Assembly (NCBI GenBank): GCA_041164045.1
Contig: JBEAQD010000045.1
Span: 1-44,863, forward strand
Direction: 5' to 3'
DNA from: Candidatus Parcubacteria bacterium
GTDB taxonomy: Bacteria; Patescibacteriota; Minisyncoccia; SW-4-49-11
Length of the DNA stretch: 44,863 nucleotides
Shown: positions 7,900-19,283 of the stretch, piece after piece
How the letters are laid out: the number at the start of each line of letters is the position of its first letter
How positions within the stretch are numbered: the stretch's first letter is position 1
Notes under the pieces: generated by a model
The model's input: the letters and a program-made list of their open reading frames with translations, nothing else
What the model was told of the DNA's origin: nothing
Database searches by the model: none
Program-made: the position numbers and the translations under genes

Positions 7900-8169
7900 T
7901 TATTTGATACTGGCTTTAATTTTAAGTTTATACTTATTGGGTAGCTTTTCTGTAGACTTAACTTTACCCATTTTGACTAGCTTATCTTTTTCAGTTAAGA
8001 ACTGAACTTTTTTGATTGCAGCTTGTCTCTGCTTGGTTTTAGACTTACCTTTAGTCAAAAATCTAGAGGCTCTAGCTTGAGATAAAACTTCACTTTTTTG
8101 AATACGCCTAGTAAAACGTCGAATCATAGACTCTACGCTTTCCCTTTCTCGTTTTCTTACTTCTACCAT
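7900..8169 (-). CDS. rpsU: 30S ribosomal protein bS21 with a Lys-rich C-terminal extension
   Basis: The sequence VEVRKRERESVESMIRRFTRRIQKSEVLSQAR is S21-like. A GGAGG Shine-Dalgarno sequence lies upstream. Confidence 0.9.
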   Translation of the reverse strand: MVEVRKRERESVESMIRRFTRRIQKSEVLSQARASRFLTKGKSKTKQRQAAIKKVQFLTEKDKLVKMGKVKSTEKLPNKYKLKIKASIK

Positions 8170-8234
8170 ATATTACAACCTCCTTTCATAATTTTTAACA
8201 ACTAAAAATTGTCTTTTTTAAGACTTTAAATGTA

Positions 8235-8263
8235 ATTATACCATAATACAGTGCTTTTTGCAA
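8235..8263 (-). promoter_or_regulatory. Sigma70-type promoter of rpsU (-35 TTGCAA, 17 nt, extended -10 TGGTATAAT)
   Basis: On the minus strand, TTGCAA is at 8258-8263 and TGGTATAAT is at 8235-8243, with a 17-nt spacer between the hexamers. Confidence 0.65.
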
Positions 8264-8279
8264 TAGTATATATTAACAT

Positions 8280-9560
8280 TTATTTAGATAGCTTCTTGCT
8301 CAGAATAGAAATTAATTTATCTATCGGGACAATTTCTTGGTTTTCACTTTCTTTATCTCTCAAAATAACAGTCCCATCTACCGCTTCTTTGCGACCAATA
8401 ATTAAAGTTATTTCGGCATCTGATTTTTTGGCCTTTAATAACTGATTTTTTAGACTTTTAATTCCAAAGTTTTCTTTTACCTCCAGACCATGTTTTTGGA
8501 TTAAAGATAAAATTTTTAATGCACTTTTTTGTCCCTCAAGTCCAATAGAGGCGACAAATATATCTGGTTTTGTAGTTGAAGATAGTTTTTGAGGTTCTAG
8601 CTTTTGAACTAATTGCAATAATAAATCAACATAAATTTCTATTCCAGCAGCTCCTGAACCTTTATCTCCTCCTAATAGCTCAAACAATTCATTATGCCTT
8701 CCGCCTCTTACCAAAACCATTTCTGGATAATCAGTACTCATTATTTCAAAATATACACCCTCATTAAAACCTATTGAACCTGAGAGACTCGAATCTAAAT
8801 TATATTGTATGTCTAAAGTATCCAAAAACTCTAATACAGACTTTAAATACTGAGATTCTTTTATACTAAGATAGTCTACAATTTGAGGAATTTTTATATT
8901 GACATCTGTGTCCAGACTCATTAATTCATTATATAGTTGAATTGGATTGTATGATAAAGAATTAGATAGATTTTTGAATCTTTTTGGAGTTCTTGATAAT
9001 AGCTCTTTATAATACTGATCTCTAGAATCTGCTCCTCCAAGAGCATTTATATTGACGACTAGATTTTCTATACCTTGAGACTCTAGCATTCTATAAGCTG
9101 TTAAAATCATTTCTGCATCTCTAACAGGATTTGTATCTCCTATACATTCTGCCTTAAACACATGAAATTGCTTAGGGGTAGTAGAGCTATCATTATCATC
9201 ATCAACCAATGATATACCGTAGTCGAATAACTTTAATGGATCTTCTTGATACTCCATATTATTATCAATGACCGTCTTTAGTATCCCAACTGGTCCCGGA
9301 GCTCCTAATACTATAGTATTCTTAGATTTGTATTGAACGGTAAATAATGACTCTTTTGCACTGATATTGAGTTTATTTAATATTTTAGTACTAAAAACTG
9401 AAGCCTCTTGAGTGAAAGCAAAGCCACTATTCTGGTAGCCAGCACTTTTGAGTGTATCTCTAATATCTGACACTACACAATCCCAAATATTTGAAAACTC
9501 TGAGTTAATGATAGGTTGGTCTCCTGAATTATTATTTCTTATACCTCTTCTTCTACGCAT
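8280..9560 (-). CDS. Histidyl-tRNA synthetase-like protein with degenerate catalytic motifs (HisRS/HisZ-like)
   Basis: Motif 3 (GGRHNELFELLGG...GAAGIEI) and a HisRS-type anticodon-binding C-terminus (IFVASIG...KNQLLKAKKSDAEITLIIGRKE...GTVILRD) are present. The motif 2 Arg-rich loop is replaced by DDDNDSSTTPKQFHVFKAECIG, LRPEGT by LGAPGPV, and RGLDYY by SIGFNEGVYF. Confidence 0.7.
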   Translation of the reverse strand: MRRRRGIRNNNSGDQPIINSEFSNIWDCVVSDIRDTLKSAGYQNSGFAFTQEASVFSTKILNKLNISAKESLFTVQYKSKNTIVLGAPGPVGILKTVIDNNMEYQEDPLKLFDYGISLVDDDNDSSTTPKQFHVFKAECIGDTNPVRDAEMILTAYRMLESQGIENLVVNINALGGADSRDQYYKELLSRTPKRFKNLSNSLSYNPIQLYNELMSLDTDVNIKIPQIVDYLSIKESQYLKSVLEFLDTLDIQYNLDSSLSGSIGFNEGVYFEIMSTDYPEMVLVRGGRHNELFELLGGDKGSGAAGIEIYVDLLLQLVQKLEPQKLSSTTKPDIFVASIGLEGQKSALKILSLIQKHGLEVKENFGIKSLKNQLLKAKKSDAEITLIIGRKEAVDGTVILRDKESENQEIVPIDKLISILSKKLSK

Positions 9561-9563
9561 AAT

Positions 9564-10175
9564 CTATTCATTATTATTGGAAAATACTTTAATTGCATTA
9601 AATGGGAACAATCTAATTAATGGCTTACCAACTATATATGACTTGTCTACGGGCCCAAAAAATCTTGAGTCTGAACTATTTCCTCTATTATCTCCTAGTA
9701 CAAAGTATTGATTATCTTTTAAAGTCACATCTATTGGATCTTGTGAAAGTGTTTTTAGACCATCTAATATATATTCTTCATCTAAAGTGGTAGGGGTATC
9801 AGCGTTATTCTCATACAAAATAACTTTACCTTCTTTGATAACCACTCTATCTCCTGGTATTCCAATAACTCTTTTGATATAATACTCTCCTCCACTACCT
9901 CCTGGAATAAATTCAGTGTGAAATACAACCACCTCAAATCTCTTTGGGTCAGTAAAGTTGTACGTAAGTTGATCTACAATTAGATAATCACCATCTGAAA
10001 AAATCTGCTCCATAGATCTACCTTTGACTAAAAATGGTTGAGCTATATAACCTTTGGTTACAAAATATATAGTACACAAAATAATTAATGTTTTTATTAT
10101 ATCCCACAACTCATTCTTAAAGGTATTTGATTTTTGTTGCTTTATCTGCTGATACTGTTCTTGTTGTTGATCCAT
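9564..10175 (-). CDS. lepB: Signal peptidase I
   Basis: Contains an N-terminal TM segment and the motifs GRSMEQ, YIKRVIGIPGD and GDNRGNSSDSR. Confidence 0.9.
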   Translation of the reverse strand: MDQQQEQYQQIKQQKSNTFKNELWDIIKTLIILCTIYFVTKGYIAQPFLVKGRSMEQIFSDGDYLIVDQLTYNFTDPKRFEVVVFHTEFIPGGSGGEYYIKRVIGIPGDRVVIKEGKVILYENNADTPTTLDEEYILDGLKTLSQDPIDVTLKDNQYFVLGDNRGNSSDSRFFGPVDKSYIVGKPLIRLFPFNAIKVFSNNNE

Positions 10176-10199
10176 GTGATAGACTTGTTAATTAGCAAC

Positions 10200-10205
10200 A
10201 TTATA
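10200..10205 (-). promoter_or_regulatory. Candidate -10 (TATAAT) for lepB
   Basis: The reverse complement of ATTATA at 10200-10205 is TATAAT, 24 nt upstream of the lepB ATG. I saw no convincing -35. Confidence 0.35.
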
Positions 10206-10289
10206 CATCATTTTTTGCATTTAGTAAAGACCTAAATACATCAAATTTAAGCTATTTTTATTATATGTTATAAATTAACAGATTATCAT

Positions 10290-10946
10290 CTAAATACTCC
10301 TGTATCCTGACCTTGTGACTATAATATGATCCAGTACCGATATAGACAGCAATTCTCCTGCTGCTTTAATTCTCTCCGTTAGAGTTATATCAGCTTGGCT
10401 AGGCGTGTCATCACCTGAAGGATGATTGTGAACTATAATCATTGCGGCTGCATGATATTTGATAGCTGGTACAAAAATATCCCTTGGATGCGCTATGCTT
10501 TGGTCTATAGTCCCAATGGAGATAATTTCATCATGAATAACTTGATTTTTTATATTAAGATAAAGTCCTCTTAAATACTCTTTTTTTAGACTATGCATAT
10601 CACTAACAAATTCCCATACATCCTGTGGTGAACGAATAGTTGGTATATCTATACTTTTATCAGCAAATGTTCTTCTACCAATTTCAAAACAAGCTAAGAC
10701 CTGACAGGCTTTGACTTTTGGTAGGTCAAAATCCTCCATCACATCGGCAACTCTACTATAGCCAGTGATAGTTTTGGAGCCATAATCTTTAAAAATTCTT
10801 TTAGACAGCTCCAAAACATTCTCTTTTTTATATCCAGTCCCCAAAATAATAGCCAATAGCTCCTCCAAATTAAGAGCTTGTACTCCTGAGCTAATCAACT
10901 TCTCTCTGGGTTGCTGATCAGCCGGTAAAAATTTGATTTTATACAT
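10290..10946 (-). CDS. radC: RadC-family JAB/MPN domain protein
   Basis: Contains the HNHPSGDDTPSQADITLT JAMM motif and an N-terminal HhH-like region. Confidence 0.85.
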   Translation of the reverse strand: MYKIKFLPADQQPREKLISSGVQALNLEELLAIILGTGYKKENVLELSKRIFKDYGSKTITGYSRVADVMEDFDLPKVKACQVLACFEIGRRTFADKSIDIPTIRSPQDVWEFVSDMHSLKKEYLRGLYLNIKNQVIHDEIISIGTIDQSIAHPRDIFVPAIKYHAAAMIIVHNHPSGDDTPSQADITLTERIKAAGELLSISVLDHIIVTRSGYRSI

Positions 10947-10948
10947 AT

Positions 10949-11950
10949 TTATTTTAATATTTCAGTGGTCATTTCTGGAGATACTACACAAATATCTGTA
11001 TCGGTCCCTATTTCATAACCTCCTACAAAGTTAATTCTAGGAGTTAATCGAATAAACCATCTAAATCCTTTGTATAGATTGCCATCTACTGGCGCAGTTA
11101 TGATTGCCATATTATAATCTATATCTCCAATTTTAGTATAATAAGATTGGAGTATAAATTTATATATTTTAGCTAAATTATATAGTTCAGTTTGATTAGA
11201 ATAAGCAAAGTTAGCTTGTGGATATTTAGGATAAATATCCACTTCATAAGCAACTCTGGATGCATACGGGGATAAAGCTATAAAATAGTCATTTTCTACA
11301 ATAATTCTCTGCTTCACATTTTGTTCATAGTCAATAATCACTTGAGCTAAATCTCTATTATTAGAGCGATAATACTTTTCTACTCCTTCCACAATTCTTT
11401 CAACTCCATCTGGCACAATTGGAGTAGCTATGATTTGTGAATGAGGATGAGCAATACTAGCTCCTGCTTGGTAACCGTGATTATGAATGACTGCTATATA
11501 TCTAATATGCTTATTTTTCATAAGTTCTAAGCTCCTAGCCTGAAAAGCCTTGAACATTAACGCTAATTTTTTGATAGAAAAATCTCGAATCTGAGTATCT
11601 TCCTCACGATAAATTACAACCTCATGTTCACCTTCTCCTTCTACAAAATGGTATGGGCCTTCGATCTGATATTTAGGAGATTCAGTAGATTTTAATAGTG
11701 GATAAATATTTTTTACAACAAATACTTGAGATTCTTGTTTTTCATCTTTGATTTCTAGTATGATATTTTCTTTAGATTTACCAGCTATAATATCTGCAAA
11801 AGGATTGATCAAATTAGATAAATTACTAATTTTAATCTCATTATTTATCAAAGTATGTGGTCTGTGATTACGATTAGTAGATACCAAAACCCATTCTCCA
11901 GTAAAGATATCTTGACGGAATTCTTGAGTTGTTTTTGTTTTTCTTTTCAT
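10949..11950 (-). CDS. galT: Galactose-1-phosphate uridylyltransferase-like (HIT superfamily)
   Basis: Contains the HPHSQI active-site motif. The 333-aa, two-lobed GalT-like length fits. Confidence 0.75.
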   Translation of the reverse strand: MKRKTKTTQEFRQDIFTGEWVLVSTNRNHRPHTLINNEIKISNLSNLINPFADIIAGKSKENIILEIKDEKQESQVFVVKNIYPLLKSTESPKYQIEGPYHFVEGEGEHEVVIYREEDTQIRDFSIKKLALMFKAFQARSLELMKNKHIRYIAVIHNHGYQAGASIAHPHSQIIATPIVPDGVERIVEGVEKYYRSNNRDLAQVIIDYEQNVKQRIIVENDYFIALSPYASRVAYEVDIYPKYPQANFAYSNQTELYNLAKIYKFILQSYYTKIGDIDYNMAIITAPVDGNLYKGFRWFIRLTPRINFVGGYEIGTDTDICVVSPEMTTEILK

Positions 11951-11956
11951 ATTAAT

Positions 11957-12679
11957 TTATTTTTTATAATATTTCGTTAATAATCTATATTTTATTATAA
12001 CTGTATCTAATAATACATGTATATAATCTTTTAACTTTACATGAGAGCTGTCATCATTATACCATACAACTGGCATTTCTTTAATATTATATCGAAAGTA
12101 CCGAGCCAAAGCCAGGAGTTCAATATCAAATGACCAGCCTTTCATAGTTAATTGCCTAAAAATATGGCGAGCCAATTTCCCCTCAAAAACCTTAAAACCA
12201 CATTGAGTATCTTTAATTCCTCCAACCAATAATATCTGTATCCATAAATTCCCTAAATCACCCAAAAGCTCTTTATATCGTGCCTGCCTTACCTCAATTT
12301 TACTATCCTTCATATCCCTAGAGCCTACCACTACGTCTACTCCCTGCCTCATTACTGGTAAAATTTTATCCAATTCATCGATATGAGTAGAATTATCTGC
12401 ATCCATAAATAATACATACTCCCCCTTGGATTCCAAAACACCTTGCTTTACTACTGCCCCCTTACCACGATTGATTTTATTATTTATAATTTTAATTTTT
12501 TTGTATTTTTTAGATAATTTGGTAACCACTTCTAAGGTTTTGTCTTTAGATCCATCTAGGACAATTATAATTTCATAGTCTTGAATCTCGGATTTATCAA
12601 AATAATCAACCACACTATGAATTGTAGGAGTAATTCTTTTTTCTTCATTATAGGCAGGTATTATAACACTAATTTTCAT
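11957..12679 (-). CDS. Family 2 glycosyltransferase (dolichyl/polyprenyl-phosphate glycosyltransferase-like)
   Basis: Contains VIIPAYNEE, VLDGSKDKT and FMDADNS (DxD) motifs. Confidence 0.85.
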   Translation of the reverse strand: MKISVIIPAYNEEKRITPTIHSVVDYFDKSEIQDYEIIIVLDGSKDKTLEVVTKLSKKYKKIKIINNKINRGKGAVVKQGVLESKGEYVLFMDADNSTHIDELDKILPVMRQGVDVVVGSRDMKDSKIEVRQARYKELLGDLGNLWIQILLVGGIKDTQCGFKVFEGKLARHIFRQLTMKGWSFDIELLALARYFRYNIKEMPVVWYNDDSSHVKLKDYIHVLLDTVIIKYRLLTKYYKK

Positions 12680-12685
12680 AATCTT

Positions 12686-13063
12686 CTATCTTTTATCTAA
12701 CCACTCTTCTAATAAAATTCTAGCTGATTCTATATCTATACTCTTCCCCTTGGGTATATATCTTTTAGCCAATGAACTTGTTAGTCTCTCATCATATTCC
12801 TCTACTGCTATTGAAAATTTTGATTTTAATTCTTGAATAAATTGTCTTACCTTTAGGGTTTGCTGGGTGTCAGTAGATTTAAAATTAAGTGGTAATCCTA
12901 CTAAAATATAATCTATTTCATATTCTCTTATTACTTGCTCTAATTCATTCCAAAGTGCTTGATTATTTTTTATTAATTTTAGAGGTAATGCTATATTATG
13001 GTCTATAGAGCTATGAGCTAAACCTATTCTGACATCTCCATAATCTATACTAAGAACATTCAT
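12686..13063 (-). CDS. ruvX: YqgF/RuvX putative pre-16S rRNA nuclease / Holliday junction resolvase
   Basis: The sequence LSIDYGDVRIGLA...YILVGLPLN is characteristic, and the size is 125 aa. Confidence 0.85.
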   Translation of the reverse strand: MNVLSIDYGDVRIGLAHSSIDHNIALPLKLIKNNQALWNELEQVIREYEIDYILVGLPLNFKSTDTQQTLKVRQFIQELKSKFSIAVEEYDERLTSSLAKRYIPKGKSIDIESARILLEEWLDKR

Positions 13064-13069
13064 ACCTAA

Positions 13070-13951
13070 TTATTGGGATAATTTTTTATATAAATTCTCA
13101 ATTTCTGACTCTTCAAAAAAATTTAATGTTACTATATATCTTTTACCTTTTTTCCTAACTTCTACTTTATTATGTATAGTCTCTGACAGTTGAGAAACCC
13201 ATTGTTTGACTTCTGAACTAACTTGATTTTGCACACTATTGGGGGCTTTTTTGACAACTTTAGCGGTCTGTCTTACATTGAGGGCATTATTGATAATATT
13301 ATCTAGGACCTGCTCTTGTAACTCTACGGTTTCGATTCCAGCAATAATTTTAGCATGGCCCTCGGTGATATCTCCGGCCGCTAGAGCATTTTGTACTTTT
13401 GCTGGTAATTGTAAATACCTAAGAGTATTAGCTACTGCTGAACGACTAATATCTAATTGTTTAGCAATGGCTTCTTGGGTAATGTTAAATTTATGTTGTA
13501 ATTCGGCAAACCCTTTAGCTCTTTCGATTGGATTTAAGTTTTGTCTTTGAATATTTTCAATCAAAGCTAATTCTGCTTTATCTTGATCGTTAATACCATC
13601 TTTGATAACTACAGATACAGCAGATAATCCAGCTAATTTAGCTGCTCTTAGTCTTCTCTCTCCTGCTATTAATTGATATTTATCCTTACCAATGTTTGTC
13701 ACCACTAGTGGCTGCAATATACCTTTATCTCTAATAGATTGAGCTAAATTTTCTATTTCTTCTTGCAAAAATTCAGTTCGTGGCTGATATGGATTAGCCT
13801 CTATGAAATTAATATCTACTTCTAAAAGTTTGTCTTTTGTACTCAAAGTTTCCTCAGTTTTTATACTCTGAGCTGGAACAGGCTTTCCTGTAGGCTTATT
13901 GGGGATCAAAGATGATAAACCTCTACCGAGTGGACTTTTACTCATAGACAT
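13070..13951 (-). CDS. parB: Chromosome partitioning protein ParB/Spo0J
   Basis: Contains GLSSLI, NPYQPR and LIAGERRLRAA (ParB box), plus an HTH in AIAKQLDISRSAVANTLR. Confidence 0.9.
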   Translation of the reverse strand: MSMSKSPLGRGLSSLIPNKPTGKPVPAQSIKTEETLSTKDKLLEVDINFIEANPYQPRTEFLQEEIENLAQSIRDKGILQPLVVTNIGKDKYQLIAGERRLRAAKLAGLSAVSVVIKDGINDQDKAELALIENIQRQNLNPIERAKGFAELQHKFNITQEAIAKQLDISRSAVANTLRYLQLPAKVQNALAAGDITEGHAKIIAGIETVELQEQVLDNIINNALNVRQTAKVVKKAPNSVQNQVSSEVKQWVSQLSETIHNKVEVRKKGKRYIVTLNFFEESEIENLYKKLSQ

Positions 13952-13967
13952 ATTTTATATTAAATTT

Positions 13968-13976
13968 ATTATATCA
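13968..13976 (-). promoter_or_regulatory. Extended -10 (TGATATAAT) between parA and parB
   Basis: The reverse complement of ATTATATCA at 13968-13976 is TGATATAAT, 16 nt upstream of the parB ATG. This implies a very short leader. Confidence 0.5.
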
Positions 13977-13998
13977 CAATTCTAATGATTTGATAATC

Positions 13999-14763
13999 TT
14001 AATTTTGTTTAGTTAACTTAATTAGCTCTTGAGCCAGCTGGCGATAGGCAAATGAACCTTTGGATAATGGAGCATAGTCATGAATAGCTTTACCAAAACT
14101 TGGAGCTTCAGATAGACTCACATTTCTCGGAATTACCGTATCAAATACATAGCCTGGGAAAAATTTACTAACTTCTTTGGCTACCATTGCTGAGAGTCTA
14201 TTTCTTCTATCATACATAGTCAAAATTGCTCCAAGTACGGATAAATCTGGCTTCAAATTATCTGAGATTAACTGAATAGTCTCTAGGAGCTGTCCTAAAC
14301 CTTCCAGAGCATAATATTCACATTGTACTGGAATAATAATCTTATCAGCAGCTACTAAACCATTGATTGTAAGTAAACCCAAGCTAGGTGGTGAGTCGAT
14401 AATAATATAATCATATAAATGGACAAGACTTTGCAATTGGTCATACAGAACGAACTCCCTACGATTCATATTAACTAGTTCTACTCCTATTCCGGCCACA
14501 TCTTGAGTCCCGGCAATAATATCCAATTTTGGATATCTAGTGGTATGTATACTATTCTGGAGGGGAGTATTCTCATCCATCATTAACTCATATAAACCCG
14601 CTTTATCTCCTAATTCAAAGCCCAGTCCACTAGTAGCATTACTTTGTGGGTCCAAATCTATAAGTACAACTTTTTTACCAAATTTGGCTAAATAAGAGGC
14701 TAAGTTTATACTGGTTGTGGTCTTACCTGTACCACCTTTTTGATTCGTAACTGTTATAATCAT
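13999..14763 (-). CDS. parA: ParA/Soj partitioning ATPase
   Basis: Contains the deviant Walker A NQKGGTGKTTT. Size is 254 aa. Confidence 0.9.
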   Translation of the reverse strand: MIITVTNQKGGTGKTTTSINLASYLAKFGKKVVLIDLDPQSNATSGLGFELGDKAGLYELMMDENTPLQNSIHTTRYPKLDIIAGTQDVAGIGVELVNMNRREFVLYDQLQSLVHLYDYIIIDSPPSLGLLTINGLVAADKIIIPVQCEYYALEGLGQLLETIQLISDNLKPDLSVLGAILTMYDRRNRLSAMVAKEVSKFFPGYVFDTVIPRNVSLSEAPSFGKAIHDYAPLSKGSFAYRQLAQELIKLTKQN

Positions 14764-15737
14764 ATCTCGTAGTTATCCTCTATCCATTTTATCAAATTTC
14801 TAGTATCTTGGAAACGATAACCACCAATTCCAGATTTCAGAACCACAATCCCCACTATTCTATTTTTGATTGAGACTACTGAGGATAAAGTCTCTCCAGC
14901 CTCATCAGTAAGACCGGTTTTACCCACTATCATTTGAATATCTTTATCTAACATTTCATTAGTATTACCCAGTCTGATAGCTTGTCCTGACTTAGAGTTG
15001 ATGATAGTTTCTCTTTGCTTCAATACTTCTATTAAATCTGGATAATTATCATATAAATCTTGAGTTAATTTCATAATATCACTAGCCGTACTATAATTAC
15101 TAGTTGGTTTTTGGTCTAATCCATGGGCATTAAAAAACTCACTACCTTGCATACCTAAATCCTGAGCTTTTTTATTCATTTTAGTATTAAAAGCATCCAC
15201 TCCTCCAAAACTTTCAGCTAATAACTGAGCCGCATCATTACTAGACACCATCAAAGATGCTCTTAGAATATCCTCAACTTTAAATTGTTCATCTACTTTG
15301 AGCGAATTGCCACCATAAGTATCAAAAGCAGTCTGGGTCATCTGGATATATTTATCATCTCCCCATTTATACTCATCCATTACCACCATAGAGCTTAATA
15401 ACTTAGTTATACTGGCTAATTGATAGCGATTTAAGGCATTTTTATTATACAGGATATCTCCAGTCTCAAAGTCTACTACAAGGGCTGACTCAGCGGTAAT
15501 ATTAGGATCAACTGCTTCATTATTTATCTTACGAAATTTAACAATAGGAGCTGGCTCTAATGCATTAATATTAGCTACAACCTGAGTGTCAGGCATATTG
15601 AGGATTTTGATATGATGCAAAACTCCCAGATTATTAAGCCCTTCTGCATTATTGGTAGTAAACCCCAAAACCACATTACCAATACTAATTATGGCTATAA
15701 AAATTCCGACAGACCAATACAATTTTTTGAACTTCAT
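14760..15737 (-). CDS. Serine-type D-Ala-D-Ala carboxypeptidase (PBP5-like)
   Basis: Has an N-terminal TM/signal segment and the SITK (SxxK), SSND (SxN) and KTGLT (KTG) motifs. Its stop overlaps the parA start by 4 nt. Confidence 0.85.
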   Translation of the reverse strand: MKFKKLYWSVGIFIAIISIGNVVLGFTTNNAEGLNNLGVLHHIKILNMPDTQVVANINALEPAPIVKFRKINNEAVDPNITAESALVVDFETGDILYNKNALNRYQLASITKLLSSMVVMDEYKWGDDKYIQMTQTAFDTYGGNSLKVDEQFKVEDILRASLMVSSNDAAQLLAESFGGVDAFNTKMNKKAQDLGMQGSEFFNAHGLDQKPTSNYSTASDIMKLTQDLYDNYPDLIEVLKQRETIINSKSGQAIRLGNTNEMLDKDIQMIVGKTGLTDEAGETLSSVVSIKNRIVGIVVLKSGIGGYRFQDTRNLIKWIEDNYEI

Positions 15738-15757
15738 AAATTATTTATATTTTGTAT

Positions 15758-15766
15758 ATTATATCA
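15758..15766 (-). promoter_or_regulatory. Extended -10 (TGATATAAT) for the carboxypeptidase-parAB string
   Basis: The reverse complement of ATTATATCA at 15758-15766 is TGATATAAT, 20 nt upstream of the ATG at 15737. Confidence 0.6.
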
Positions 15767-15876
15767 TAATTATAAAATAATTTACAATTTTTGTAACGGA
15801 GAATGGATCTTGAAGCCGTCTGTATGTGTACTAAAATTAAAAGCTTCAGAAATACTACACCCAGTCTTGTAGTCTT

Positions 15877-16200
15877 TCCCCTCCCAAATAAATATTGGAA
15901 GGACTTAAATCCTCACCTCCGCCCGAGGCGGATTAAAAAGCGAGGGACAAAAATACATCCACCTCCGGACTAAAGGCCACCTCCTCCAAAGGAGGACAGA
16001 AGCTCAAGAATAAAAACAAAGCACCTTGGGCGACTGAAAGATTGCCCCTAAGAAAGTGATATAGATTACAAGATAGGAGCATTAGCTAAGTCCACCCTCC
16101 CCCTACGGGGACTCCCTCCGAAGGGAGACAAAGTAACCACAGGTCGCCACTACGAATACAAAAATAATTCTTAATTGTAGGAGTCCTTCCGCTACGGATA
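15877..16200. repeat. GC-rich hairpin-dense intergenic island B (largest), abutting tRNA-Arg
   Basis: It lies in a 473-nt ORF-free spacer. Short GC hairpins include TCCGCC-cga-GGCGGA (15918-15932), TCCTCC-aaa-GGAGGA (15982-15996), CCCC-tac-GGGG (16100-16110) and CTCCCT-ccga-AGGGAG (16112-16127). The 15-mer CTACGAATACAAAAA (16150-16164) followed by TAATTCTTAATTG is identical to island C. TCCGTAGCGGAAGG lies on the minus strand at 16185-16198. Confidence 0.55.
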
Positions 16201-16210
16201 AACTATTTTG

Positions 16211-16283
16211 TGCTCTCACCAAGACTCGAACTTGGATTAGAGGCTTAGGAGTCCCCTGTTCTATCCCGTTGAACTATGAGAGC
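16211..16283 (-). tRNA. tRNA-Arg (anticodon CCT)
   Basis: The reverse complement is GCTCTCA TA GTTC AACGGGATA GAAC A GGGGA CTCCTAA GCCTC TAAT CCAAG TTCGAGT CTTGG TGAGAGC A (73 nt). The acceptor, D and T stems are canonical and the T-loop is TTCGAGT. Positions 31-39 form an A.G mismatch. CCA is not encoded. Confidence 0.85.
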
Positions 16284-16354
16284 AATGGTCTTATTATACT
16301 GAAAAATTTAATTTTTGTATATAAGACAATATTATTTGTTTTAGTATGAAAAAA

Positions 16355-18343
<1,989 letters not shown>

Positions 18344-18356
18344 TTAATAAGTCTAT

Positions 18357-19283
18357 ATGCAACCTATTATTACTATTCTAGGTCCCACTGCCATTGGAAA
18401 GTCCAGACTTGCTATTGAGCTTGCCAAGAGATTTGATGGTATTATCATCTCGGCTGATTCTAGGCAAATTTATAAAAACTTTGATATCGGTAGTGGCAAG
18501 ATTACCTCTTATGAAATGCAGGAAATTCAGCATTATATGCTAGATATTAGAGAATTATGGCAAGATTATAATGTCGCAGAATTTCAAAAAGATGTAAGAC
18601 AGATTATAAAAGAATTGAAAGACAAAAAGACCTTGCCATTTTTAGTGGGTGGAACTGGGCTATATATAGAGTCTATTCTTTATAATTATAATTTACCAAC
18701 TATAGCTGTGAATTCTAGTTTAAGAACTGAATTATCCAAACTAAATAAAGTAGAATTACAAAATAAATTATTAGAGTTAAGTCCCGAACACAATCTCAAC
18801 CACTCTGATTGGAATAACCCTGTCAGATTAATAAGAGCTATTGAAATTGCTCAAGCTAAAACTATTCCTCTGATATCTAATCAAGCTAATTCATATAAGC
18901 CCCTCTTAATTGGACTCACGACATCTCTTGAGAATATCAAAAAAAATATTACTACAAGGGTTGATGCTAGACTAGAGCAAGGTGCTATTGCCGAGGTTGA
19001 GAATATTAAGAAAATTTTAGCGAACAAATTAAGCCCTGATTTAACTTTTCAAAAGCTAGCCCAATTTGGCTTGGGCACAATGATTATCAATCAATATCTG
19101 GAGGGTAAAATTAATTATGAGGGAATGCGACAGCAGTATATTCAATCAGAGTATAAGTATGCTCGCAGACAATTAACTTGGTTTCGTCGAATGAATGATA
19201 TTAATTGGTTTGAGGCTGATGATAAAAATTTAATAGCAAAAACTAATCTTTTGATTGCTGACTTTCTGAGACTAAAGTCTTAA
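18357..19283 (+). CDS. miaA: tRNA dimethylallyltransferase MiaA
   Basis: Contains the P-loop GPTAIGKS, plus ISADSRQIY, and LVGGTGLY. Confidence 0.9.
   Translation: MQPIITILGPTAIGKSRLAIELAKRFDGIIISADSRQIYKNFDIGSGKITSYEMQEIQHYMLDIRELWQDYNVAEFQKDVRQIIKELKDKKTLPFLVGGTGLYIESILYNYNLPTIAVNSSLRTELSKLNKVELQNKLLELSPEHNLNHSDWNNPVRLIRAIEIAQAKTIPLISNQANSYKPLLIGLTTSLENIKKNITTRVDARLEQGAIAEVENIKKILANKLSPDLTFQKLAQFGLGTMIINQYLEGKINYEGMRQQYIQSEYKYARRQLTWFRRMNDINWFEADDKNLIAKTNLLIADFLRLKS

Noticed and set aside
15877-16200. The GC-rich islands (A-E) as RNase P RNA, tmRNA, SRP/4.5S RNA, 5S rRNA or a riboswitch.
   Set aside because: On neither strand could I find the signature elements on a single strand and in the proper order. 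Those elements are GAGGAAAGTCC / ACAGAA for RNase P, GGGGCUGA...UUCGAC plus a terminal T-arm/CCA and an ...LAA tag ORF for tmRNA, and GGUCCGGAAGGAAGCAGCC for SRP. Only short chance-level resemblances were seen. This needs an Infernal scan to settle.
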